From NCBI GenBank assembly GCA_030390025.1, contig JASTWF010000353.1, forward strand, positions 248,001-312,000: a stretch of DNA of 64,000 nt, read 5' to 3'. The translations under genes and the position numbers were made by a program. Below the pieces are notes generated by a model. The model was not told the origin of the DNA. It searched no databases and was given only the letters and a program-made list of their open reading frames with translations. The DNA comes from Squalus acanthias. Its lineage: Eukaryota. Positions 43,501 through 56,600 of the stretch are shown in pieces; positions within the stretch are counted from its first letter, which is position 1, and each line of letters opens with the position of its first letter.

Positions 43501-46500
43501 ACAGTCTCTAATGCAGTGTGTAATCTATGTTACAGAATCTAACGCAGTGTGTCATGTATGTTAAAGACTCTAACACAGTGTGTAATATATGTTACAGACT
43601 CTAACACAGTGTGTAATTATGTTGAAGACTCTAACGCAGTGTGTAATATATGTTAAAAACTCTAACGCAGTGTGTAATATATGTTAAAGACTCTCACGCA
43701 GTGTGTAATTTATGTTAAAGAATCTAACGCAGTGTTTAATTTATGTTAAAGACTCTAACGCAGTGTTTAATCTATGTTACAGACTCTAACGCAGTGTGTA
43801 ATCTATGTTACAGATTCTAACGCAGTGTGTAATATATGTTAAAGACTCTAACGCAGTGTGAAATCTATGTTACAGACTCTAACGCAGTGTGAAATCTATG
43901 CTACAGACTGTAACGCAGTGTGTGATCTATGTTCCAGACTCTAACGCAGTGTGTAATATAAGTTGCAGACTGTAACGCAGTGTGTAATATACATTGCAGA
44001 CTCTAACGACGTGTGTAATCTATGTTACAGACTCTAACGCAGTGTGTAATATATGTAACAGACTCTAACGCAGTGTGTAATATACATTGCAGACTCTAAC
44101 GCAGTGTGTAATCTATGTTACAGACTCTAACGCAGTGTGTAATATATGTAACAGTCTCTAACGCAGTGTGTAATATACATTGCAGAAGCTAACGCCGTGT
44201 GTAATCTATGTTACAGACTCTAACGCAGTGTGAAATCTATGTTACAGACTCTAACGCAGTGTGTAATATACGTTGCAGGCTCTAACGCCGTGTGTAATCT
44301 ATGTTACAGACTCTAACGCAGTGTGTAATCTATGTTACAGACACTAAAGCTGTGTGTAATCTATGTTACAGACTCTAACGCAGTGTGTAATATATGTTAC
44401 AGACTCTAATGCAATGTGTAATCTATGTTACAGATTCTAACGCAGTGTGTCATCTTTATTACAGACTCTAACGCAGTGTGAAATCTATGCTACAGACTAT
44501 AACACAATGTGTGATCTATGTTCCAGACTCTAACGCAGTGTGTAATATAAGTTGCAGACTCTAACGACGTGTGTAATCTATGTTACAGACTCTAACGCAG
44601 TGTGTAATATATGTAACAGACTCTAACGCAGTGTGTAATATACATTGCAGACTCTAACGCAGTGTGTCATCTATGTTACAGACTCTAACGCAGTGTGTAA
44701 TCTATGTTCCAGACCCGAACGCTGTTTGTAATATATGTTACAGACTCTAACGCAGTGTGTAATCTATGTTACAGACTCTAACGCAGTGTGTTATCTATGT
44801 TACAGGCTCTAACGCAGTGTGTAATCTGTGTTACAGACTCTAACGCAGTGTGTAATCTACGTTACAGACTCTAACGCAGTGTGTTATCTATGTTACAGAC
44901 TCTAACGCAGTGTGTAATTTATGTTAAAGACTCTAACGCAGTTAGTAATTTATGTTAAAGACTCTAACGCAGTGTGTCATCTATGTTACAGACTCTAACG
45001 CAGTGTGTAATCTATGTTCCAGACCCGAACGCTGTTTGTAATATATGTTACAGACTCTAACGCAGTGTGTAATCTATGTTACAGACTCTAACGCAGTGTG
45101 TTATCTATGTTACAGGCTCTAACGCAATGTGTAATCTGTGTTACAGACTCTAACGCAGTGTGTAATCTACGTTACAGACTCTAACGCAGTGTGTAATCTA
45201 TGTTACAGACTCTAACGCAGTGTGTAATTTATGTTAAAGACTCTAACGCAGTTAGTAATTTATGTTACAGACTCTAACGCAGTGTGTTATCTATGTTACA
45301 GGCTCTAACGCAGTGTGTAATCTGTGTTACAGACTCTAACGCAGTGTGTAATCTACGTTACAGACTCTAACGCAGTGTGTAATCTATGTTACAGACTCTA
45401 ACGCAGTGTGTAATTTATGTTAAAGACTCTAACGCAGTTAGTAATTTATGTTACAGACTCTAACGCAGTGTGTTATCTATGTTACAGGCTCTAACGCAGT
45501 GTGTAATCTGTGTTACAGACTCTAACGCAGTGTGTAATCTACGTTACAGACTCGAACGCAGTGTGTAATTTATGTTAAAGACTCTAACGCAGTGTGTAAT
45601 TTATGTTACTGACACTAACGCAGTGTGTAATTTATGTTAAAGAATCTAACGCATTGTTTAATTTATGTTAAAGACTCTAACGCAGTGTGTAATCTATGTT
45701 CCAGACTCTAACGCAGTGTGAAATCTATATTACAGACTCTAACGCAGTGTGAAATCTATGTTACAGACTCTAACGCAGTGTGTCATCTTTATTCCAGACT
45801 CTAACGCAGTGTGTAATATAAGTTGCAGACTGTAACGCAGTGTGTAATTTCCATTGCAGACTCTAACGCCGTGTGTATTCTATGTTACAGACTCTAACGC
45901 AGTGTGTAATATATGTAACAGACTCTAACGCAGTGTGTAATATACGTTGCAGACTCTAACGCCGTGTGTAATCTATGTTACAGACTCTAATGCAGTGTGT
46001 AATCTATGTTACAGACTCTAACGCAGTGTGTAATTTATGTTAAAGACTCTAACGCAGTGTTTAATTTATGTTAAAGACTCTAACGCAGTGTGTAATTTAT
46101 GTTACAGACTCTAACGCAGTGTGTAATCTACGTTACAGACTCTAACGCAGTGTGTAATCTACGTTACAGACTCTAAAGCAGTGTGTAATCTATGTTCCAG
46201 ACTCTAACACAGTGTGTAATCTATGTTACAGACTCTAACGCAGTGTGTAATCTGTGTTACAGACTCTAACGCAGTGTGTAATCTATGTTCCAGACTCTAA
46301 CGCAGTGTGTAATCTATGTTACAGACTCTAACGCAGTGTGTAATCTGTGTTACAGACTCTAACGCAGTGTGTAATCTATGTTACAGACTCTAACGCAGTG
46401 TGAAATCTATGTTACAGACTCTAACGCAGTGTGAAATCTATGTTACAGACTCTAACGCAGTGTGTCATCGATGTTACAGATTCTAACGCAGTGTGTCATC

Positions 46501-49500
46501 TTTATTACAGACTCTAACGCAGTGTGAAATCTATGCTACAGACTGTAACACAATGTGTGATCAATGTTCCAGACTCTAACGCAGTGTGTAATATAAGTTG
46601 CAGACTGTAACGCAGTGTGTAATTTCCATTGCAGACTCTAACGCCGTGTGTAATCTATGTTACAGACTCTAACGCAGTGTGTAATATATGTAACGGACTC
46701 TAACGCAGTGTGTAATATACATTGCAGATGCTAACGCCGTGTGTAATCTATGTTACAGACTCCAAGCATTGTGAAATCTATGTTACAGACTCTAACGCAG
46801 TGTGTAATATATGTTACAGACTCTAATGCTGTTTGTAATATATGTTACAGACTCTAACGCAGTGTGTAATCTATGTTCCAGACCCGAACGCTGTTTGTAA
46901 TATATGTTACAGACTCTAACGCAGTGTGTAATCTATGTTACAGACTCTAATGCAGTGTGTAATCTATGTTACAGACTCTAACGCAGTGTGTAATCTATGT
47001 TACAGACTCTAACGCAGTGTGTAATCTGTGTTACAGACTCTAACGCAGTGTGTACTCTACGTTACAGACTCTAACGCAGTGTGTAATATATGATACAGAC
47101 TGTAACGCACTGTGTAATCTATGTTACAGACTCTATCGCAGTGTGTAATCTATGTTACAGACTCTAACGCAGTGTTTAATATATGGTACAGACACTAACG
47201 TAGTGTGTAATCTATGTTACAGACACTAACGCAGTGTGTAATCTACGTTACAGACTCCAACGCAGTGTGTAATCTATGTTACAGACACTAACGCAGTGTG
47301 TAATATATGTTCGACACTAACACAGTGTGTAATCTATGTTACAGACTCTAACGCAGTGTGTAATCTATGTTACAGTCTCTAACGCAGTGTGTAATCTGTG
47401 TTACAGACTCTAACGCAGTGTGTAATCTACGTTACAGACTCTAACGCAGTGTGTAATCTATGTTACAGACGCTAACGCAGTGTGTAATATATGTTACAGA
47501 CTCTAACGCAGTGTGTAATCTATGTTACAGACTCTAACGCAGTGAGTAATCTATGTTACAGACTCTAACGCAGTGTGTAATATATGTTACAGACTCTAAC
47601 GCAGTGTGTAATGTATGTCAGACTCTAATGCAGTGTGTAATATATGTTACAGACTCTAACGCAGTGTGTAATCGATGTTACAGATGCTAACGCAGTGTTT
47701 AATCTATGTTACAGACTCTAACGCAGTGTGTAATGTATGTCAGACTCTAATGCAGTGTGTAATATATGTTACAGACTCTAACGCAGTGTGTAATCGATGT
47801 TTCAGACTCTAACGCAGTGTGTAATCTATGTTACAGACTCTAGCGCAGTGTGTAATCTATGTTACAGACTCTAATGCAGTGTGTAATATATGTTACAGAC
47901 TCTAACGCAGTGTGTAAACTATGTTACAGACTCCAACGCAGTGTGTAATCTATGTTACAGACACTAACGCAGTGTGTAATATATGTTCGACACTAACACT
48001 GTGTGTAATCTATGTTACAGACACTAACGCAGTGTGTAATCTATGTTACAGACTCTAACGCAGTGTGTAATCTATGTTACAGTCTCTAACGCAGTGTGTA
48101 ATCTGTGTTACAGACTCTAACGCAGTGTGTAATCTACGTTACAGACTCTAACGCAGTGTGTAATCTATGTTACAGACGCTAACGCAGTGTGTAATATATG
48201 TTACAGACTCTAACGCAGTGTGTAATCTATGTTACAGACTCTAACGCAGTGTGTAATCTAGGTTACAGACTCTAACGCAGTGTGTAATCTATGTTACAGA
48301 CTCTAATGCAGTGTGTAATGTATGTTACAGACACTAACGCAGTGTGTAATCTATGTTACAGACTCTAACGCAGTGTGTGATCTATGTTACAGACTGTAAC
48401 GCAGTGTGTAATCTATGTTACAGACTCTAATGCAGTGTGTAATATATGTTACAGACTCTAACGCAGTGTGTAATATATGTTACAGACTCTAATGCAGAGT
48501 GTAATCTATGTTACAGACTCTAACGCAGTGTGTAATGTATGTTAAAGACTCTAACGCAGTGTGTAATATATGTTACAGACTCTAACGCAGTGTGTAATTT
48601 ATGTTGAAGACTCTAACGCAGTGTGTAATATATGTTAAAGACTCTAACGCAGTGTGAAATCTATGTTACAGACTCTAACGCAGTGTGAAATCTATGCTAC
48701 AGACTGTAACGCAGTGTGTGATCTATGTTCCAGACTCTAACGCAGTGTGTAATATAAGTTGCAGACTGTAACGCAGTGTGTAATATACATTGCAGACTCT
48801 AACGACGTGTGTAATCTATGGTACAGACTCTAACGCAGTGTGTAATATATGTAACAGACTCTAACGCAGTGTGTAATCTATGTTACAGACTCTAATGCAG
48901 TGCGTAATCTATGTTACAGACTCTAACGCAGTGTCTAATATGTGATACAGACTCTAACGCTGTGTGTAATCTATGTTACAGACTCTAACGCAGTGTGTAA
49001 TATATGATACAGTCTGCAACGCAGTGTGTAATTGCTGTTACTGACTCTAACGCAGTGTGTAATATACGTTACAGACTCTAACGCAGTGTGTAATCTATGA
49101 TACAGACTCTAACGCAGTGTGTAATATATGTTGCAGACACTAACGCAGTGTGTAATTTATGTTACAGACTCTAACGCAGTGTGTAATCTATGTTACAGAC
49201 TCTAATGCAGTGTGTAATCTATGTTACAGACTCTAACGCAGTGTGCAATCTATGTTACCGACTCTAACGCAGTGTGTAATCTATGTTACAGACTCTAATG
49301 CAGTGTGTAATATATGTTACAGACTCTTACGCAGTGTGTAATCTATGTTACCGACTAAAACGCAGTGTGTAATCTATGTTACTGACTCTAACGCAGTGTG
49401 TTATCTATGTTACAGACTCTAACGCAGTGTGTAATATGTGATACAGACTCTAACGCTGTGTGTAATCTATGTTACAGACTCTAACGCAGTGTGTAATATA

Positions 49501-50515
49501 TGATACAGACTGTAACGCAGTGTGTAATCTCTGTTACAGACTCTAACGCAGTGTGTAATATACGTTACAGACTCTAACACAGTGTGTAATCTATGTTACA
49601 GACTCTAATGCAGTGTGTAATGTATGTTACAGACACTAACGCAGTGTGTAATCTATGTTACAGACTCTAACGCAGTGTGTAATCTATGTTACAGACTGTA
49701 ACGCAGAGTGTAATCTATGTTACAGACTCTAATGCAGTGTGTAATATATGTTACAGACTCTAACGCAGTGTGTAATATATGTTACAGACTCTAATGCAGT
49801 GTGTAATCTATGTTACAGACTCTAACGCAGTGTGTAATTTATGTTAAAGACTCTAACGCAGTGTGTAATTTATGTTACAGACGCTAACGCAGTGTAGAAT
49901 TTATGTTAAAGACTCTAACGCAGTGTGTAATTTATGTTACAGACTCTAACGCAGTGTGTAATCTATGTTACAGACTCTATCGCAGTGTGTAATCTATGTT
50001 CCAGACTCTAACACAGTGTGTAATCTATGTTACAGACTCTAACGCAGTGTGTAATCTGTGTTACAGACTCTAACGCAGTGTGTAATCTATGTTCCAGACT
50101 CTAACGCAGTGTGTAATCTATGTTACAGACTCTAACGCAGTGTGTAATCTGTGTTACAGACTCTAACGCAGTGTGTAATCTATGTTACAGATTCTAACGC
50201 AGTGTGAAATCTATGTTACAGACTCTAACGCAGTGTGAAATCTATGTTACAGACTCTAACGCAGTGTGTCATCTATGTTACAGACTCTAACGCAGTGTGT
50301 CATCTTTATTACAGACTCTAACGCAGTGTGTAATATAAGTTGCAGACTGTAACGCAGTGTGTAATTTCCATTGCAGACTCTAACGCCGTGTGTAATCTAT
50401 GTTACAGACTCTAACGCAGTTTGTAATATATGTAACAGACTCTAACGCAGTGTGTAATATACAAAAATGAGAAGTCGCACAACACCAGGTTATAGTCCAA
50501 CAGATTTATTTAATT

Positions 50516-50553
50516 TTACAAGCTTTCGGAGCTATCGCTCCTTCGTCAGGTAA
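50516..50553 (-). ncRNA. Minimal type-I hammerhead ribozyme motif (left arm, minus strand)
   Basis: Exact reverse complement of 50563-50600. Confidence 0.75.
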
Positions 50554-50562
50554 GTTGCTAAC

Positions 50563-50600
50563 TTACCTGACGAAGGAGCGATAGCTCCGAAAGCTTGTAA
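50563..50600 (+). ncRNA. Minimal type-I hammerhead ribozyme motif (right arm)
   Basis: Stem I TTAC/GTAA, core CUGACGA plus an extra A, stem II GGAGC/GCTCC with GATA loop, GAAA, palindromic AGCT in place of stem III. Predicted cleavage after CUU at 50596. Confidence 0.8.
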
Positions 50601-53600
50601 AATTAAATAAATCTGTTGGACTATAACCTGGTGTTGTGCGACTTCTCATTTTTGTCCACCCCAGTCCAACGCCGGCATCTCCACATCATGTAATATACAA
50701 TGCAGATGCTAACTCAGTGTGTAATCTATGTTACAGACTCGAACGCAGTGTGAAATCTATGTTACAGACTCTAACGCAGTGTGTAATATACGTTGCAGAC
50801 TCTAACGCCGTGTGTAATCTATGTTACAGACTCCAACGCAGTGTGTAATCTATGTTACAGACTCTAACGCAGTGTTTAATATATGTTACAGACTCTAATG
50901 CTGTTTGTAATATATGTTACAGACTCTAACGCAGTGTGTAATCTATGTTCCAGACCCTAACGCTGTTTGTAATATATGTTACAGACTCTAACGCAGTGTG
51001 TAATCTATGTTACAGACTCTAATGCAGTGTGTAATCTATGTTACAGACTCTAACGCAGTGTGTAATCTGTGTTACAGGCTGTAACGCAGTGTGTAATCTA
51101 TGTTAGAGACACTAACGCTGTGTGTAATCTATGTTGCAGACTCTAACGCAGTGTGTAATATACGTTACAGACTCTAACGCAATGTGTAATCTATGTTACA
51201 GACCCTAAGGCAGTGTGTAATGTATGTTACAGACTCTAACGCAGTGTGTAATATATGTTACAGGCTCTAATGCAGTGTGTAATCTATGTTACAGACTCTA
51301 ACGCAGTGTGTAATATGTTACAGACTCTAACGCAGTGTGTAATATATGTTACAGACTCTAACGCAGTGTGTAATTTACGTTAAAGACTCTAACGCAGTAT
51401 GTAATAAATGTTACAGACTCTAACGCAGTGTGTAATTTATGTTAAAGACTCTAACGCATGGAGTAATATATGTCAAAGACTCTAACGCAGTGTGTAATAT
51501 ATGTTACAGACTCTAACGCAGTGTGTAATATATGTTACAGACTCGAACGCATGGAGTAATATATGTTAAAGACTCTAACGCAGTGTGAAATCTATGTTAC
51601 AGACTCTAACGCTGTGTGTAATCTATGTTACAGACTCTAACGCAGTGTGTAATCTATGTTACAGACTCTAATGCAGTGTGTAATATATGTTACAGACTCT
51701 AACGCAGTGTGTAATCTATGTTACAGACTCTAATGCAGTGCGTAATCTATGTTACAGACTCTAACGCAGTGTCTAATATGTGATACAGACTCTAATGCTG
51801 TGTGTAATCTATGTTACAGACTCTAACGCAGTGTGTAATATATGATACAGTCTGCAACGCAGTGTGTAATCTCTGTTACTGACTCTAACGCAGTGTGTAA
51901 TATACGTCACAGACTCTAACGCAGAGTGTAATCTATGATACAGACTCTAACGCAGTGTGTAATATATGTTACAGACACTAACGCAGTGTGTAATTTATGT
52001 TACAGACTCTAACGCAGTGTGTAATCTATGTTACAGACTCTAATGCAGTGTGTAATCTATGTTACAGACTCTAACGCAGTGTGTAATCGATGTTACCGAC
52101 TCTAACGCAGTGTGTAATCTATGTTACAGACTCTAATGCAGTGTGTAATATATGTTACAGTCTCTTACGCAGTGTGTAATCTATGTTACAGACACTAACG
52201 CAGTGTGTAATCTATGTTACAGACTCTAACGCAGTGTGTAATCTATGTTACAGACTGTAACGCAGTGTGTAATCTATGTTACAGACTCTAATGCAGTGTG
52301 TAATATATGTTACAGACTCTAACGCAGTGTGTAATATATGTTACAGACTCTAATGCAGTGTGTAATCTATGTTACAGACTCTAACGCAGTGTGTAATATA
52401 TGTTACAGACGCTAACGCAGTGTTTAATTTATGTTAAAGACTCTAACGCAGTGTGTAATTTATGTTACAGACTCTAACGCAGTGTGTAATTTATGTTAAA
52501 GACTCTAACGCAGTGTTTAATTTATGTTAAAGACTCTAACGCAGTGTGTAATATATGTTACAGACTCTAACGCAGTGTGTAATATATGTTACAGACTCTA
52601 ACGCAGTGTGTAATCTATGTTACAGACTCTAACGCAGTGTGTAATCTATGTTACAGACTCTATCGCAGTGTGTAATCTATGTTCCAGACTCTAACACAGA
52701 GTGTAATCTATGTTACAGACTCTAACGCTGTGTGTAATCTGTGTTACACACTCTAACGCAGTGTGTAATCTATGTTCCAGACTCTAACGCAGTGTGTAAT
52801 CTATGTTACAGACTCTAACGCAGTGTGTAATCTGTGTTACAGACTCTAACGCAGTGTGTAATCTATGTTACAGACTCTAACGCAGTGTGAAATCTATGTT
52901 ACAGACTCTAACGCAGTGTGAAATCTATGTTACAGACTCTAACGCAGTGTGTCATCTATGTTACTGACTCTAACGCAGTGTGTCATCTTTATTACAGACT
53001 CTAACACAGTGTGAAATCTATGCTACAGACTGTAACGCAGTGTGTAATTTCCATTGCAGACTCTAACACCGTGTGTAATCTATGTTACAGACTCTAACGC
53101 AGTTTGTAATATATGTAACAGACTCTAACGCAGTGTGTAATATACAATGCAGATGCGAACTCAGTGTGTAATCTATGTAACAGACTCTAACGCCGTGTGT
53201 AATCTATGTTACAGACTCTAACGCAGTGTGTAATCTAAGTTACAGACTCTAACGCAGTGTTTAATATATGTTACAGACTCTAATGCTGTTTGTAATATAT
53301 GTTACAGACTCTAACGCAGTGTGTAATCTATGTTCCAGACACTAACGCTGTTTGTAATATATGTTACAGACGCTAACGCAGTGTGTAATCTATGTTACAG
53401 ACTCTAATGCAGTGTGTAATCTATGTTACAGACTCTAACGCAGTGTGTAATCTGTGTTACAGACTGTAACGCAGTGTGTAATCTATGTTAGAGACACTAA
53501 CGCTGTGTGTAATCTATGTTGCAGACTCTAACGCAGTGTGCAATATACGTTACAGACTCTAACGCAATGTGTAATCTATGTTACAGACCCTAAGGCAGTG

Positions 53601-56600
53601 TGTAATATATGTTACAGACTCTAACGCAGTGTGTAATATATGTTACAGGCTCTAATGCAGTGTGTAATCTATGTTACAGACTCTAACGCAGTGTGTAATC
53701 TATGTTACAGACTCTAACGCAGTGTGTAATATATGTTACAGACTCTAACGCAGTGTGTAATTTACGTTAAAGACTCTAACGCAGTATGTAATAAATGTTA
53801 CAGACTCTAACGCAGTGTGTAATATATGTTACAGACTCTAACGCAGTGTGTAATTTACGTTAAAGACTCTAACGCAGGATGTAATAAATGTTACAGACTC
53901 TAACGCAGTGCGTAATCTATGTTACAGACTCTAACGCAGTGTCTAATATGTGATACAGACTCTGACGCTGTGTGTAATCTATGTTACAGACTCTAACGCA
54001 GTGTGTAATATATGATACAGTCTGCAACGCAGTGTGTAATCTCTGTTACTGACTCTAACGCAGTGTGTAATATACGTTACAGACTCTAACGCAGTGTGTA
54101 ATCTATGTTACAGACTCTAACGCAGTGTGTAATCTATGTTACAGACTCTAACGCAGTGTGTCATGTATGTTAAAGACACTAACGCAGTGTGTAATTTATG
54201 TTACAGACTCTAACGCAGTGTGTAATCTATGTTACAGACTCTAACGCAGTGTGTCATGTATGTTAAAGACTCTAACACAGTGTGTAATATATGTTACAGA
54301 CTCTAACACAGTGTGTAATTATGTTGAAGACTCTAACGCAGTGTGTAATATATGTTAAAAACTCTAACGCAGTGTGTAATATATGTTACAGACTCTAACG
54401 CAGTGTGTAATATATGTTAAAGACTCTAACACAGTGTGTAATATATGTTAAAGACTCTAACGCAGTGTGTAATATATGTTACAGACTCTAACGCAGTGTG
54501 TAATTTATGTTAAAGACTCTAACGCAGTTAGTAATATATGTTAAAGACTCTAACGCAGTGTGTAATTTATGTTAAAGACTCTAACGCAGTGTGTAATTTA
54601 TGTTAGACACTAACGCAGTGTGTAATTTATGTTAAAGAATCTAACGCAGTGTTTAATTTATGTTAAAGACTCTAACGCAGTGTTTAATCTATGTTCCAGA
54701 CTCTAACGCAGTGTGTAATCTATGTTACAGACTCTAACGCAGTGTGTAATCTGTGTTACAGACTCTAACGCAGTGTGTAATCTGTGTTACAGACTCTAAC
54801 GCAGTGTGAAATCTATGTTACAGACTCTAACGCAGTGTGAAATCTATGTTACAGACTCTAACGCAGTGTGTCATCTATGTTACAGACTCTAACGCAGTGT
54901 GAAATCTATGTTACAGACGCTAACGCAGTGTGTAATATATGTTACAGACTCTAACGCAGTGTTTAATCTATGTTACAGACTCTAACGCAGTGTGTAATCT
55001 GTGTTACAGACTCTAACGCAGTGTGTAATTTACGTTAAAGACTCTAACGCAGTATGTAATAAATGTTACAGACTCTAACGCAGTGTGTAATATATGTTAC
55101 AGACTCTAACGCAGTGTGTAATTTACGTTAAAGACTCTAACGCAGGATGTAATAAATGTTACAGACTCTAACGCAGTGCGTAATCTATGTTACAGACTCT
55201 AACGCAGTGTCTAATATGTGATACAGACTCTGACGCTGTGTGTAATCTATGTTACAGACTCTAACGCAGTGTGTAAAATATGATACAGTCTGCAACGCAG
55301 TGTGTAATCTCTGTTACTGACTCTAACGCAGTGTGTAATATACGTTACAGACTCTAACGCAGTGTGTAATCTATGTTACAGACTCTAACGCAGTGTGTAA
55401 TCTATGTTACAGACTCTAACGCAGTGTGTCATGTATGTTAAAGACACTAACGCAGTGTGTAATTTATGTTACAGACTCTAACGCAGTGTGTAATCTATGT
55501 TACAGACTCTAACGCAGTGTGTCATGTATGTTAAAGACTCTAACACAGTGTGTAATATATGTTACAGACTCTAACACAGTGTGTAATTATGTTGAAGACT
55601 CTAACGCAGTGTGTAATATATGTTAAAAACTCTAACGCAGTGTGTAATATATGTTACAGACTCTAACGCAGTGTGTAATATATGTTAAAGACTCTAACAC
55701 AGTGTGTAATATATGTTAAAGACTCTAACGCAGTGTGTAATATATGTTACAGACTCTAACGCAGTGTGTAATTTATGTTAAAGACTCTAACGCAGTTAGT
55801 AATATATGTTAAAGACTCTAACGCAGTGTGTAATTTATGTTAAAGACTCTAACGCAGTGTGTAATTTATGTTACAGACACTAACGCAGTGTGTAATTTAT
55901 GTTAAAGAATCTAACGCAGTGTTTAATTTATGTTAAAGACTCTAACGCAGTGTTTAATCTATGTTCCAGACTCTAACGCAGTGTGTAATCTATGTTACAG
56001 ACTCTAACGCAGTGTGTAATCTGTGTTACAGACTCTAACGCAGTGTGTAATCTGTGTTACAGACTCTAACGCAGTGTGAAATCTATGTTACAGACTCTAA
56101 CGCAGTGTGAAATCTATGTTACAGACTCTAACGCAGTGTGTCATCTATGTTACAGACTCTAACGCAGTGTGAAATCTATGTTACAGACGCTAACGCAGTG
56201 TGTAATATATGTTACAGACTCTAACGCAGTGTTTAATCTATGTTACAGACTCTAACGCAGTGTGAAATCTATGTTACAGACTCTAACGCAGTGTGAAATC
56301 TATGTTACAGACTCTAACGCAGTGTGTCATCTATGTTACAGACTCTAACGCAGTGTGTAATCTATGTTCCAGACCCGAACGCTGTTTGTAATATATGTTA
56401 CAGACTCTAACGCAGTGTGTTATCTATGTTACAGGCTCTAACGCAGTGTGTAATCTGTGTTACAGACTCTAACGCAGTGTGTAATCTACGTTACAGACTC
56501 TAACGCAGTGTGTAATCTATGTTACAGACTCTAACGCAGTGTGTAATCTATGTTACAGACTCTAACGCAGTGTGTAATCTATGTTAAAGACTCTAACGCA

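Larger units (their letters stand above)
50465..50688. mobile_element. Penelope-like pseudo-LTR inverted-repeat insertion, copy 2
   Basis: Perfect 96-bp arms 50461-50556 and 50560-50655, loop GCT, tail ccaccccagtccaacgccggcatctccacatca. 12-bp TSD tgtaatatacaa at 50453-50464 and 50689-50700. Confidence 0.9.

Noticed and set aside
50461..50655. MITE/DNA transposon interpretation of the palindrome
   Set aside because: The inverted repeat is not terminal (33-bp one-sided tail inside the TSDs) and carries hammerhead motifs, which fits a Penelope-like inverted pLTR better.
50636..50848. 70-aa ORF starting in the insertion tail
   Set aside because: GTG start running into satellite sequence; no coding signal.
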